Shown here: piece after piece, positions 38,673 to 50,943 of the stretch | Layout of the letters: every line of letters begins with the position of its first letter | How positions within the stretch are numbered: position 1 is the stretch's first letter | Assembly (NCBI GenBank): GCA_951406725.2 | Contig: OX597815.1 | Coordinates: 91,512,001-91,576,000 of the forward strand | Direction: 5' to 3' | Source: Octopus vulgaris | Taxonomy: Eukaryota | Length of the DNA: 64,000 bases | Made by a program: the position numbers and the translations under genes | Notes under the pieces: model-generated | Told to the model about the DNA's origin: nothing | Databases searched by the model: none | The model's input: the letters and a program-made list of their open reading frames with translations, nothing else

Positions 38673-39551
38673 AATAAGCCCAGTGCGGAGCTAAGAAGGT
38701 CATCATAATTCAAATTGATGTGTTTATGAGCAGCAAAAATCCCCACAGATAGCTTATCTGTTTATTTGTTTCCAGTAATATCATAGGTTTAATGTTACAA
38801 ATAAAGAAATAAACATCATCATCATCATCACTTTCATCATTGCTTTAATAGTGCTGGTAACAGTGATGGTGGCGGTGGCTTTTGTTGTTGTCATTTATTA
38901 TAACTATTATCTTCAAGATCATGAAGGTTGATTATCAGCATGAGAATAGTGATATGGTGGAGGAGGATAAATATATTAACTCTGTTGATCTTGATGATCT
39001 GGAAGACCAGAAGTATGATACTCACAAATGTTAGTTGTTAGTGAGCAGCATAATGATGCTGATAACGATAACAATGACGATTTTGACCCTCTTGAAATTC
39101 CTGTGTGTTAAGAATTTCTATTTGGTTTTGCAATTATTTTAGGCTTTAGGCTTCTTTAATTTCTTTGTTTACCAATCTTTCAGATTATTTAGTTTAAAGC
39201 TCAATGACTTTCTGCCATTAGAAGAAAACAAATTAGATTCAGGCAAACTTTTTCCTTCTTTTTTGTTTTGTTTTGTTTTGTTATAATGCTTCATCTCAAT
39301 AATTATTATTGCTTTATATATTTCTTTTCAACAATTGTTTTACATTATTTTATATTGCTTCCACTTTTACTGGCTTCTTTTTTGTCTTTTTTCTTTTTCT
39401 TTTATGCTGTCATGTAATAGTGTCTGTCTGTTTCTCTCTCTCTCTTTCTTTCTTCCCTTGTGTCTGCTTCTCTTTCTTTGTCTGTCTGCTTCTCTCTCTC
39501 TCCCTCCCTCTCTCAGAGTATTCCCTTTCTTACGCCTATGCTTCTATCTTT

Positions 39552-39586
39552 CTTGTGATGAAGGACTAATGTCCAAAACATTCAAG
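39552..39586 (+). ncRNA. Degenerate minimal type I hammerhead motif
   Basis: ctt GTGATGA a ggac-taat-gtcc AAAA cattc aag: intact 4-bp stem II, stem I ctt/aag, two core substitutions. Confidence 0.5.
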
Positions 39587-39676
39587 TACTTTCTCTTTCC
39601 ATTAGTGTTCATACTGTATTTATTAAGCTTTCTCCCTCCTTTGTTGTCATCATCATTGGTCGTTGTATTTACACTA

Positions 39677-39718
<42 letters not shown>

Positions 39719-40522
39719 TATATATAATATGCATATTTAATATACTTATATATCATGTATGTGCATGCATATATATAGATACATATATATATATATATAT
39801 ATATGCACGCACATATACACATGTGCACACACGCATACATGCAAACACACATGCACACATTAAGAGGTGTACATTTATATTTGACACACTTTTGTACTAT
39901 AAAACATGAAAAGCCATTTGCTATAAGATTTTATCGCACTGGAAAAACTTTCTCTGTATAGATTTCATGTATAAAAATAATGCTAAATTGAGGTTTATTA
40001 TTTCAAAGCAAAGTGAAAATAATAGCAATAACAGCAGAGCATTTACTAATAGAGGGACTCAATACTGACAGTTGAGTCGAATTTTATGTGAAGTTCCTGT
40101 CAACAATAATACAATATATATGTGTGTGTTCATGTGTGGGTGTATAAACTTATATAACCATTTATTCATAAGCACATACATTCATCATGTGTGTGTGTGT
40201 ATATCTACGTATGCATATAAATATAATAATGTATATCATCATCATCAAAGCCATCATTTAACATCTGTCTTCCATGCTGGAGTAAGTTGGACAGTCTGAT
40301 AGGAGCTGGCACAGCTCTTTACCTTGCCAGCTCCTGTCAAACTATCCAACCCATATCAGACTGGAAGAAGGACTTAAATGATGATGATGATGGTGGTGGC
40401 AATGACAGTGATGTATATATATTATACTATATTATATATATGTGTGTATATATATATGTGTGTGTGTGTGTGTAATGTATGTATATGTGTATATATATAT
40501 ATAATGTGTGTGTATATATATA

Positions 40523-40563
<41 letters not shown>

Positions 40564-40646
40564 TGATACATATGACATAATGACAATACATATTTTATAT
40601 TTTTGATATATCATTTATATATGAATAAATATATGCAATAATAACA

Positions 40647-40774
40647 ATGATATATTTGAATGATATATATATATATATATATATATATGATATATTTGAA
40701 TGATATATAATATATATATATATGATATACTTGAATGATATATAATATATATATATGTATGATATACTTGAATG

Positions 40775-40790
<16 letters not shown>
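40647..40790. repeat. Minisatellite, 4 copies of atgatata(t/c)ttgaatgatatat + (TA)n
   Basis: Directly visible. Confidence 0.9.
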
Positions 40791-40825
<35 letters not shown>

Positions 40826-42354
40826 GTATGTATGTATAATCATTTTGTGTTTGTATGTATGTATATATGTATTACTAGTGTGTGTGTATATAAACTTGTA
40901 GAGGATTTGCATGAGAGAAAACAAGAAAGGAAAAATTCTTCTCCTCCACTAAACATATTCTATCTACATCTGTTTTCTAGATATTCCAATTTGTTTTTAT
41001 TTACCTGTTTATTTATTTTCTATTTCATTTATTTAATCCAATACCGGAAATTCAAACATATATTCCATTTCTTCGAAAATAATCCCCTCCGTTTAGTATT
41101 CTTCTACGTATAAGTTTCTTACCCACTTACTCCCGCTTTCCCCCCTTATGTTTTCTCCTCTTTCTTTTGCTATTACCCTCCTCCCATACACACACATTTT
41201 TTCTTTCTTTCTCTCCCTCTTTTGCTGCCTTCTCTCTTTTCTCCCTCTCCCCCTCTCTCTCTCTGTCTCTCTTTGTTATGTCACAATTCTACATCGTACT
41301 AGTCATTTAACTAGCAAGGTTGAATACACTTCACTAAATTCCTCTTGCAAAACATTGTTGCACGAATTTGACTTCCCCCACCCATCGCCACTAAAGATTT
41401 CTTTCCTCAACAAACATCTATATCTTTATAGTGAAGGTTTCCACTCCCACACCACACCTACTTTTATTTTTATTCTTTATTTTTGTTTTGTTTCATGTTG
41501 ATTTAGTTGTGTATGTTGGCTTCTTTGTGTGTTTGTTGTGCTTCCTTTTCTTTATTTTTTTTATCATATTTTCTTCATTCAAAAAAAAGCATTGAGAAGA
41601 ACGTTTGATATTACTCTTGTAGATTTGTGATAGAATGGCTAGTGAAGAGAAAGAAGAAGCCTAGGAGTAACTGGAAGACAGTGGTTGTGCTAGTGGTGTT
41701 AGTGGTGGTGGTGGTGGTGGTGGTTGAGGGGATGTTGGTGACAATGTAGAAATGGATGCATATATGGCTGTTTGCAAGTTTATTTCAGGTGGGCTGGGCT
41801 GGGCTGAATAGTTAGGAAGAGGAAGAATATGATATAGGTATATTATTATTATTAACAACAATTATATATATATATATATATACACACACATACACACACA
41901 AACTGACAGACATATAGAAATTTAACTTGCAAAGAAACAAACAGATGAAATACATCAATACACCGATAGTAGAGAATTGGGAATAGTGTGAGGTGTGTAA
42001 GAAAAGTAAAATTAGCAAGACATAAATTTATCATTGGGGAAAGAAAATGGTCAACAAGATTGTCTGTATTGGCAGTGTAGTAGACAGGTAAAACATCAGC
42101 AACAACAGGTTCGGTGATTAAATAGCCATTCTGTAATCATTGCATTGTGTTGGTTTTGCAACTGGTTTGAATATTATATATTCCAGGGCTATCCAAATAT
42201 TGTTGATATAGACAAATTGACTGCTATTAGAGGCAACCTTGTTTTGTTCAAGAAGAATATTATGACTGTCGTATGAAACTGAGAGCAAACATGCATAGCT
42301 TACTGTGAAAGTAATATTTTAGTCTGTTGCTCAATTTGATATTACCACTATGCA

Positions 42355-42562
42355 AGGTGGCAAGCTGGCAGAATCGTTAGCTTACCAGGGCAAAATGCTT
42401 AGTGACATTTCATCCGAGTTTAACTTTTGAGTTCAAATTCTGCTGAGGTCAACTTTGCCTTTTGCACTTCCAGGCTCAATAAAATAAGTACCAGTTGAAC
42501 ACTGGAGTCGATGTTATCAACTTACCCCCACCCACCAAAGTTGTGCCAAAACTTGAAACCAG
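42355..42562 (+). mobile_element. Meta-like tRNA SINE with 11-bp TSD
   Basis: tattaccacta at 42340-42350 and 42563-42573; aggtggcaagctggcagaatcgttagc head. Confidence 0.88.
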
Positions 42563-44729
42563 TATTACCACTAAGCCCTCAGGTGACTTTAGCAGAGTTC
42601 ACTATGTTGCAAGCATTTAGATCAGATCTGTAATCTGAGGATAACCAGATGTCTTGGAGTGTTGACTCCAACTGTAACAACTCAAGAGTTTGTAGTTTTC
42701 TTCTTTCTCTTCCACAACTTTTAGTCTCAGATGCAGGACAAAACATCACTTGGTGGAACCCATCTTCCTTTCATCAAGCCATATATAAAATACAAGACTG
42801 TTGTGAATTTTGTATTAACAGAGAACAAGTATGTAAGATGATAGATGATACTAGTCAGAGATGTAAAGGGATTTTGTTGATAACTTCTACTGAGAGGAGC
42901 TATTTCTCACAGTGTCATGACAAAGGAGGAAATATAAGCAGTAGATGAATGTTTGGTTTGTTTTGTTTTTTCTTTTTTCCACTTGATACTTGATTTTAAA
43001 AATTAAGGGATAAACTGAAGAGCTAACTCAAATAAGAAAGTGGTATCGAATAATATTAAGAAAATTGTGCAGTTGATTTGTTTTTTATTTTTAGACAATT
43101 AAAAGTTGTTTACAGGATGTAAGGAAGCAAGATAGCTAGTTGTATAGTTCATAAGGAAACTGGTAAGTACTGTTGATTTTGGAAAGCCAGCAAGTTTGGT
43201 AAGGAAAATAACAATGTTATCAGGGAAAGTAACTGAGACTGAGGAGTTGAAAAATGTGTAAAACTATGGGTAGTAAAGTTTGCAAAACTGAAAAATTTGT
43301 TGGTGGAATTTGGGATATGAAAATGACATGCACAAAAAGTGAGTGATGATTTACACCATAACATCTTACAGTGTCCATAGCTGTACATCTTATATCATGG
43401 TCAGCTCCATTCTTATGTTGTTTACTGAAACTGTATATGAATCAAGTATTGATAAGAAGGAAAGCTAACCATATTCTAAAGTAAAAGTGAAAATGAAAGA
43501 ATCTGTTGATCTCTTAGAAGACAGATGTGCAGTAACAGTAGTCATTTTGTTTTGCTAGTTTGATATTCAGCTTTAACTTTATCCATATTTATTAATACTA
43601 ATTTTTCACAATGTGTTTTGAGATGCCAAAAATAATAATGTTTAGTTGCTATGCTTGGAAACATTCTTTTTATTTTTCACTTTATATTCGTGTGGGAATC
43701 AAACAATGTTTAGTTCATCCATAAATACTGCTCTATGTCATAATTTAATTTGGGAGGGACAGTGGCCAAATCCCCCTACTGACTGTAAATGTTTTATGGA
43801 TAGCTAGATGTTTTTATTTTTATTACTGTTGTTGTTTTTATTACTGTTTGTTTTTATTACTGTTGGTTCACTTAATGCAAATTCAGAGTCATTATAACAC
43901 CCTGCATGTGTGTATGTGTGTTTACACAGAGAGAGAGAAAGAAACACAGACATATCAGGGTAATGGTAGATAGATGGTTGGTTTCATTGAGGGATTCACT
44001 ACAGCAGTAACTGACAACTTGTGTTTATGGCTTTTCATTTTTATAACCAAAATATCCAATGTATATAAAGTATACAACAAATTCATAACTGCCATTCTTT
44101 CATTTCCCTATCCCATGAAGTCAGTAGAGCTGACCTATTTGGGGTCAGAAGGATAGATACCTTTGACTCTAAAAGGTCAACCAAGTGACTCTATTTGTTA
44201 CACTAGAAACAGTTGCCTGTTCTATATCCTGATCAGGTGATCATGTCATCCTTTGATATTGTCTTCTATGTCTTGGGCCCTTGTGACCAATAAAAGAAAT
44301 CATTATTATTTTTATGAATGACAAAGTTATAAAACATCTACATAAAGTTATAAAATATCTCCATTCTTGAACTGCACTACTACTACCATCTAGTCATGTA
44401 GTAAGGGTTCTCAGCAACTGAGAGCAAAAGTCACAAGTTCCCTCCTTTAATTAATTGGTAATTTTCACCCTCTTCACACCTGCATCTAGGAAAGGAGTGG
44501 TGAGGCTGTTACTACCCTAAACCTCACATCCCACTTGCTATATGTTTCTGCCACCATCTTTAATCTAGCTCTACAAAACACCTCTTGACAAAACATAAGA
44601 CATCTGCTTCAAAGTAGAGCACTGAGGCTACACAACACTGTCCCTTAATTCAGTAGAAGTTACTCAACACCACATGCTATAAACTGAAGCTACATGAGGC
44701 AAAGAGGAAACCTTTACAGAATTGCCTGA

Positions 44730-44920
44730 TCAAACAAGAAATAGCAGCCAAGTTTCCTTGAAATCACACCCAACATACAATCTTAAAGAGAGAAAAATGT
44801 ATTTAATAATGTAACCCTGAGTACATTGTCTGTATAAAATACAGGATAGTCAAATGTGCACTGTTTTGTTTTTATCATAGATTTGTTCAGTGAGGGTGAT
44901 TTTGGTGCTAAACAACAGCT
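44730..44920 (+). repeat. Copy of the (CAA)-tailed dispersed repeat
   Basis: gaaatagcagccaagtttccttgaaatcacaccc...gctaaacaaca. Confidence 0.65.
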
Positions 44921-46604
44921 GAAGTTATGCAACATAACTTCAAATTGAAACTACAAAACCACAGCACCAGAACCTTTTTCTACAGAACTTCTTACTTTAA
45001 AATAATGTTTGTGCAGCTTATTCCAATTTGAAGTAAACGAATGTAAAATCAAAAACAGAACTGTAAATAGTTTAGTTTGTTGTGGATCCAAATTTACTCC
45101 AATAAATGCAAGCCACCACCTAAACCACTTTAGATTTGAATATTTCATGCTGCAAACACACTGAATATTTTACCCATTCGTTCTTCACTTTAGATATCAT
45201 TTGTTATTCCTGCCTTTTTAATTTAATTTTGTAGTTGCTGGTTTTGTTATTAACACTAACCGTTATAGAAAAATATATGTATATCTTTAAATTAGTAAAC
45301 TTGTTTTTGTAAATCTTAAAAAGAATGTTTTTAGACGAAAAAAATCCTAAACCCCGAGCATGAGATAATCACATCATTATGAATATTAAAATTTATTATT
45401 TATGAAATCTTTATGAGATGATTTTCATTGAATAGTAAAAGATCCTGTTGTTATATGAATAGAAATCTTCCTCAGAGCACATACCTCAGTTATTTATATT
45501 GACTCATTAGCAAATCACCAGGCTAGTCAATCAATAGTTCTTTTTATTGATCGCACCAGTGCTACATGAAGAATTTTCATGAAGACAGAATATACATGCT
45601 AATTTGGTGTCTCTTGTATTCTATGCCTTGTTTCCTCTCTTGCATTGTTCCCAACTCCTGTTCGTGTACTATTTTAAGCACTTCTGATCTTGCATTCCAC
45701 TGGTTATTTCAGGAACAGACGCCCCTATCTCTAACTCTTTGAAAACTACCGAAAGAAACAAAAATAAATAAATTACCTCCTTTTGATTTTTAATTGCCTT
45801 AATAACTCTGTATCTCTCCTCTGTCGGTAAAATGGTCATTTAATTGCTCTGGGAGTTCCATTAAACCATGTTTTTACTTTCACTTTTTTTGCCATTACCA
45901 TCGTCATCGTCATCATCATGTCCAATCATTTTAAGTTTTTTTTTTTGTTGGGGAGTGGGTTTGCCCTGTTCAGAGGGGTTGGACATGTCTGAAATTCATA
46001 ATTTTGCTATTGATCTCAATCTCGTGATTTTTAAGTGTGACACAAGCTTAACCTAACACTCACATATAACCTTGCTATTTTCTCCCAAAAGAAATGTTTA
46101 TCCGTATGTGGTTATCCAAAAAATTAAAACTTAAGAATTTTAGGACCTTTGTGAGTTTATTGTTGCTTATTCATCAGTTATTCAAGTATATAGTAGAATC
46201 TTTGTTTCATATTTTGTGTTTGGTACATTGTTAGATATAGAAAATGTAGATATTTCATATTGAAATAAAATCTTCTTGGCATCATGAAATAATGGTAGTA
46301 TAATTGTAATTTTTAATGTAATATACACCTGCAACAATCTCTTAACGTTTTGCATTGTAATTGCTCCAAGAAAAGTAAAATAGTATAGTTAGTCATTATT
46401 CATATGAAGTATTTATGATGTGGGTGGGTGGGTGTCTGCATAAGTTTGTGTATGTAGGCTTCTTCCAGTTTCTTTTTATCAGATTTTGCTCAATTACAGC
46501 TATTGTGAAGGCACCTCTTATAAGGAAACCTAACCCCTAAATCTGTGGTTCTGAAGTGAGCTTCTTCACCACAGTCATGTCCATGTCTGCATATATATGT
46601 ATAG

Positions 46605-46980
46605 GCAGAGGCATGGCTGTGTGGTAAGAAGCTTGCTTTCCAACCACATGGTTCTGATTTCAGTCCAATTGAATGGTAACTTGGGCAAGTGTCTTCTACT
46701 ATAGACTCAGTCTAACCAAAAACTTGAGAGTGGATTTGGTACATGGAAACCATTGTATGTGGTGTGTGTGTGTGCCCCGCCACTGTTGGACAACTGGTGT
46801 TGGTGTGTTTACATCCATGTAACTAAGCAGTTCAGCAAAAGAGACTGATACTGTAAGTACTACCGGACTTTAAAAGAAGATTAGTACTAGGGTCCATTCA
46901 TTTGGCTAAAAATTCTTCAAGGTGATGCCCCAGCATAGCCAGAGTCTAATGACTGAAACAAGTAAAAGCTACAAGATAAA
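46605..46980 (+). mobile_element. CORE-like tRNA SINE, near full length
   Basis: gcatggctgtgtggtaagaagcttgc...cttgggcaagtgtcttctact...aatgactgaaacaagtaaaag. Confidence 0.88.
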
Positions 46981-47559
46981 ACATATATATATATATATTA
47001 TTCAGCTGTAAAGTTTACTTTCACACTCTTATGTATTGAGGTCTTCTCCTCTCATTTATTCCAACAAATTTCTGTGTGTGTGTTAAAAATTGTAGAATTG
47101 CAAGAAAAATTGATGCCATGTGACATTGGTGTATCTGTCAAGACGTCAAGGCCATTGTATAGTCTGCCACCTTTCAATGTTAACAAATTTACACTTTGTC
47201 AAGAAAATGTATGTATGTATGTATGTATGTATGTCAGTTAGTCAATCAGTCATCAGCATCATTGTTTCACCCACTTTTTCATGTTTGCATGAGTCTGAAC
47301 CCAAAACAAACACACACCTATGCTTATAAATACATGCACACACCTACCACCATCTGTGTATCATGCTAAATGTATACATGCCTATAGGAAACAGAATGCT
47401 GTGGAATCATCAATGATAAAAAAAATCTCTTCATAGATTTGTTGTTAAAACATGAAGTGTATTGAAGTGAGACCACCATCATTGCTGCAGTGACTCACAA
47501 GAATGGCAGATATGTTTTGCCCTTGTTGAGGCCAGTCTATATATATATATATATATATA

Positions 47560-47900
47560 TACTTACATACAAGGCCAAAGAGGGTACGGGCGCCGCTATA
47601 TATATTATATGTAGAAAAATACAAACTGGGACAAGAACGTAAAACATTTAGAAGACGATACAAAAAACATGGACGGGACATTCGAAGCCTTCAATCTTCA
47701 GTCAAGAACCGGATCATCCTCGCAATTTTGGCTGATTAATCTTGAGATCGCTCTGATCTGGCCAGCCCCAAGGAAAAACTAAGCTACGAGCATTAGATTT
47801 CTTGGAAAAAGGATCAAATGTATACGAAACAAGGACAGAAAAACGAACGATGCCACACGAATATAAATACAAAAAAACAATAATAGTAATAACAGGACAA
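47560..47900. mobile_element. CpG-rich insertion between (TA)n tracts, possibly Penelope-derived
   Basis: Abrupt CpG enrichment bounded by (TA)n on both sides; family assignment is an inference. Confidence 0.4.
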
Positions 47901-48019
47901 ATATATATATATATATACATATATATACATACATACATATATATACATACATAAAACATACATATATCTGCATACATACATACAAAAATGAGCCTATATG
48001 AGCAAAAGACTATGCATTG

Positions 48020-48520
48020 ATATGTTAGTAGAAAGTTCCGAGATGACAATAACATCAACCATCAAAGCAGTTTATCAGTGGCTGGATTACTACCTCCCAC
48101 TTTGAAGGGTATGCATTTGCAATCCATGAACAGGAAATATCAACTAAGTACCTGATGCACAAAAGGGATAGAGATGCGGGAAAAGCAGTAAAATGTGACA
48201 ACCGATGCAGACTTTGTGGAGTTACACCAAAGATAGCACCCCACATCATAAGCAGCTGTCTGAAGATGTCATCACGGTATTATCTACTAATGAGACATGA
48301 TGTTGTAGCTAGAACACTCTATAATGAAATCCATGGGAAGGATAACCTTGAGGACAAAGAAAGAACACACAGTATGGTAGAAGCAATAGCCACTCATAAT
48401 AAGGAGTACTGGTGGGAATGTATCAGTGAAGACCTCAATAAAGTGTAAGCACAACAGACCTGATATAAGGATTTGGGATAGAGAAGAGAAACTGTGCACA
48501 GTTGTGGAAATTGACTACAG
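48020..48520 (+). pseudogene. RLE non-LTR retrotransposon (R4/Dong-like) CCHC knuckle and endonuclease fragment
   Basis: SHFEGYAFAIHEQEISTKY..CRLCGVTPKIAPHIISSC..RHDVVA..EYWW / frameshift / KHNRPDIRIWDREEKLCTVVEI. Confidence 0.88.
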
Positions 48521-49049
48521 AAGTTACACTATACCTGCACATGATACATATATATTGTGAGCCAATGAAAAACTCTCTCCATGGTCACTTGATGTGTTAG
48601 AAATTGCTTACTAATCTCATTCACATCACACCACCTATACTGTTTATAATTGAAAAATGACATTGTATAATGAAATACTTCATAGACTGTTTGGAAAAAA
48701 GAGCAGTATGGTTATAACAGTACAGTCATAGATCTACTTAGTCATAACTGATATGTGGCTAAACAACATATTTACATTTCAGCAGACTCAATTCATATTG
48801 CATAGTGTACCACTAGTGAGAGGATGTGGACAGTCAACCCTTCCAGATGGCGATTCTGACATTAAGTCAACTAGTTGTAGTATAGGTTATTGTTTTATTA
48901 ATGAATGAGATTTATAGGGTTGCCTCACATTCCTATCCACAATGGATCAACTTCCTTTTCTTTATCTTCCCAATGTATGGTTTTAATCTGCACTGGATCT
49001 AACTAGCAGCTTGTACTCCATTCTCTCTCTCTCACTCTCTCTCTCATGT

Positions 49050-49267
49050 ATAATCCTTTCTACTATAGGCACAAGGTCTGAAATTTAGGGGAGGGGAATA
49101 GTCAATTGCATCGACCCCAGTACTCAACTGGTACTTAATTTATCAACCCCAAAAGGATGAAAGGCAAAGTCAACCTTGGCGAAATTTGAACTTGGAACAT
49201 AACTGCAAACAAAATACAACTAAACATTTCACCCAATGTGCTAACAATTCTGCCAGCTCACCGCCTT
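49050..49267 (-). mobile_element. Meta-like tRNA SINE
   Basis: aaggatgaaaggcaaagtcaaccttggcgaaatttgaac...ctgccagctcaccgcct. Confidence 0.88.
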
Positions 49268-49574
49268 CTCTCTCGTATGTAATAACTATCATCATCATCA
49301 CTTTATGGCTTTTTACAGTGTTGGTCTAGGTTGGACAGTTGAACAGAATCCAATGGATTAGAGGACCACGTCTTTTTTAACTTTCTAATATTGGCATGGT
49401 TTCTATGGCTAAATCCCCATCCTAATATTAACCACTATACAGATAAGATAACAGAATCTGCATTGTTTCTGCTCAAGTTGCCAACCACTTTACTTTTTCA
49501 TGGCACCAGTGTTTATGAGGTTGCCTTGTAACTCACAAAAATAAAGATCTCTCTTGATTGAGAAGGTGTAATGA

Positions 49575-49922
49575 CCAAAACAGTCTCCTCTCCTGCATAC
49601 TACATCTGATTCCTCTTATAAATAGCTTTTCTCTCAGGTCATTTGTACTCTATATCATTCATGCACAATTATATTACACATCTAACAAAGTATGCTTGCT
49701 TCCTTTCTTTATCCTCTGCATTCAAGGCTCCTGTTTCACTATCATGTAGCATTTCACTTTGCACTCAAGCCTCATACAATCTGCTCTCAATCTGAGGGAG
49801 AGGTCTTTGATGCCAGTGACATAGTTGCTCCTTGAACTTATTCAGTTCAGTCTTACTCTGGTGGATGCTTTAAAAGCATCCACCCACACTGGTAATTAGG
49901 TTACCTATGTATCGGAAACTCT
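49575..49922 (-). pseudogene. RTE LINE reverse-transcriptase C-terminal relic
   Basis: ESFRYIGNLITSVGGC...RLYEA*VQSEMLHDSETGALNAED...STNDLREKLFIRGIRCSMQERRLFW across frameshifts. Confidence 0.78.
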
Positions 49923-50871
49923 CTCTCATACACATATATATATCAAATATATATGATTGTGTATGTATATCCTACATACGCATATTTATTTTCATACATT
50001 ATGGTACCTGATTTTTGCCACTGCTTGGTAAGTTTCCATTTAGTTGTGAAACTAGTTGGATTTTCCTCAACTGCTACTGCCATCAGTAAGTGCTTCTGCC
50101 ACCACCGCCACCACCTTGGTCATTATCAGCATCAGAGCTGCAGAGATTGATTCCCTGGTTTTAAGAAGCCCTCAAGCGATTTCATCCAGATCAGTGTATT
50201 AGAAAGGTAATATGTGGTTTCAACAGTAGCCAGTCTGTACACGAGTTACTACCTCACCACCTGTCAAACATGCTAACAGCCTCATTGAATCGGTTCTAGC
50301 CATTAATTTTAGCATGCAGCTAAACGGTAAATAGTGTGTAGTGTGTACATTAGTTCCAACCATTAAGTCTGCTAACTTTTTGTTTTTATATTCTGCAGTC
50401 CATTCCTGTCACTAAACTGCAAACTTATTCTATCAGTCTTTTATATATGTATATCTGCTCTTTTGTGTCCTCTGGGAATAAATTTGGTGAACCCTGAAAA
50501 GCTACCACAAAAATAAATAAAAAAAAAAAATGTCTCATCTCTTATGATGTGTTATAATTTATTAGCCAAAATTTCCAGTGAGATGTTAACAAAAATCAAT
50601 AACAGAGGCAGAATCTCTTCACATCTTACTAAAGGCTGTAGTCTGAATTGCCAAGATGCTGTTTTATATCCAGTATATTGCTCCCTCGCTGAAAACTTTG
50701 TTCTGTAGCAGAATACTAGAAGTTCTCAAAACAATTATACAAAGACAATTTCACTCTAGCTTCTGTAGATATTATTTTTTTGCCTTCTTTGTTTCATCTT
50801 GTTTTGTTACTTTGATTATTATTAATTTTCTTGTTACTATCAGTTTTTTTTTCTTTGTGCTTTCATAGTCT

Positions 50872-50872
<1 letters not shown>

Positions 50873-50941
<69 letters not shown>
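50873..50941. repeat. (CT)n microsatellite
   Basis: Directly visible. Confidence 0.97.

Positions 50942-50943
<2 letters not shown>

Noticed and set aside
41788-41806. G-quadruplex-like ggtgggctgggctggg
   Set aside because: Only three GGG tracts and no other support.
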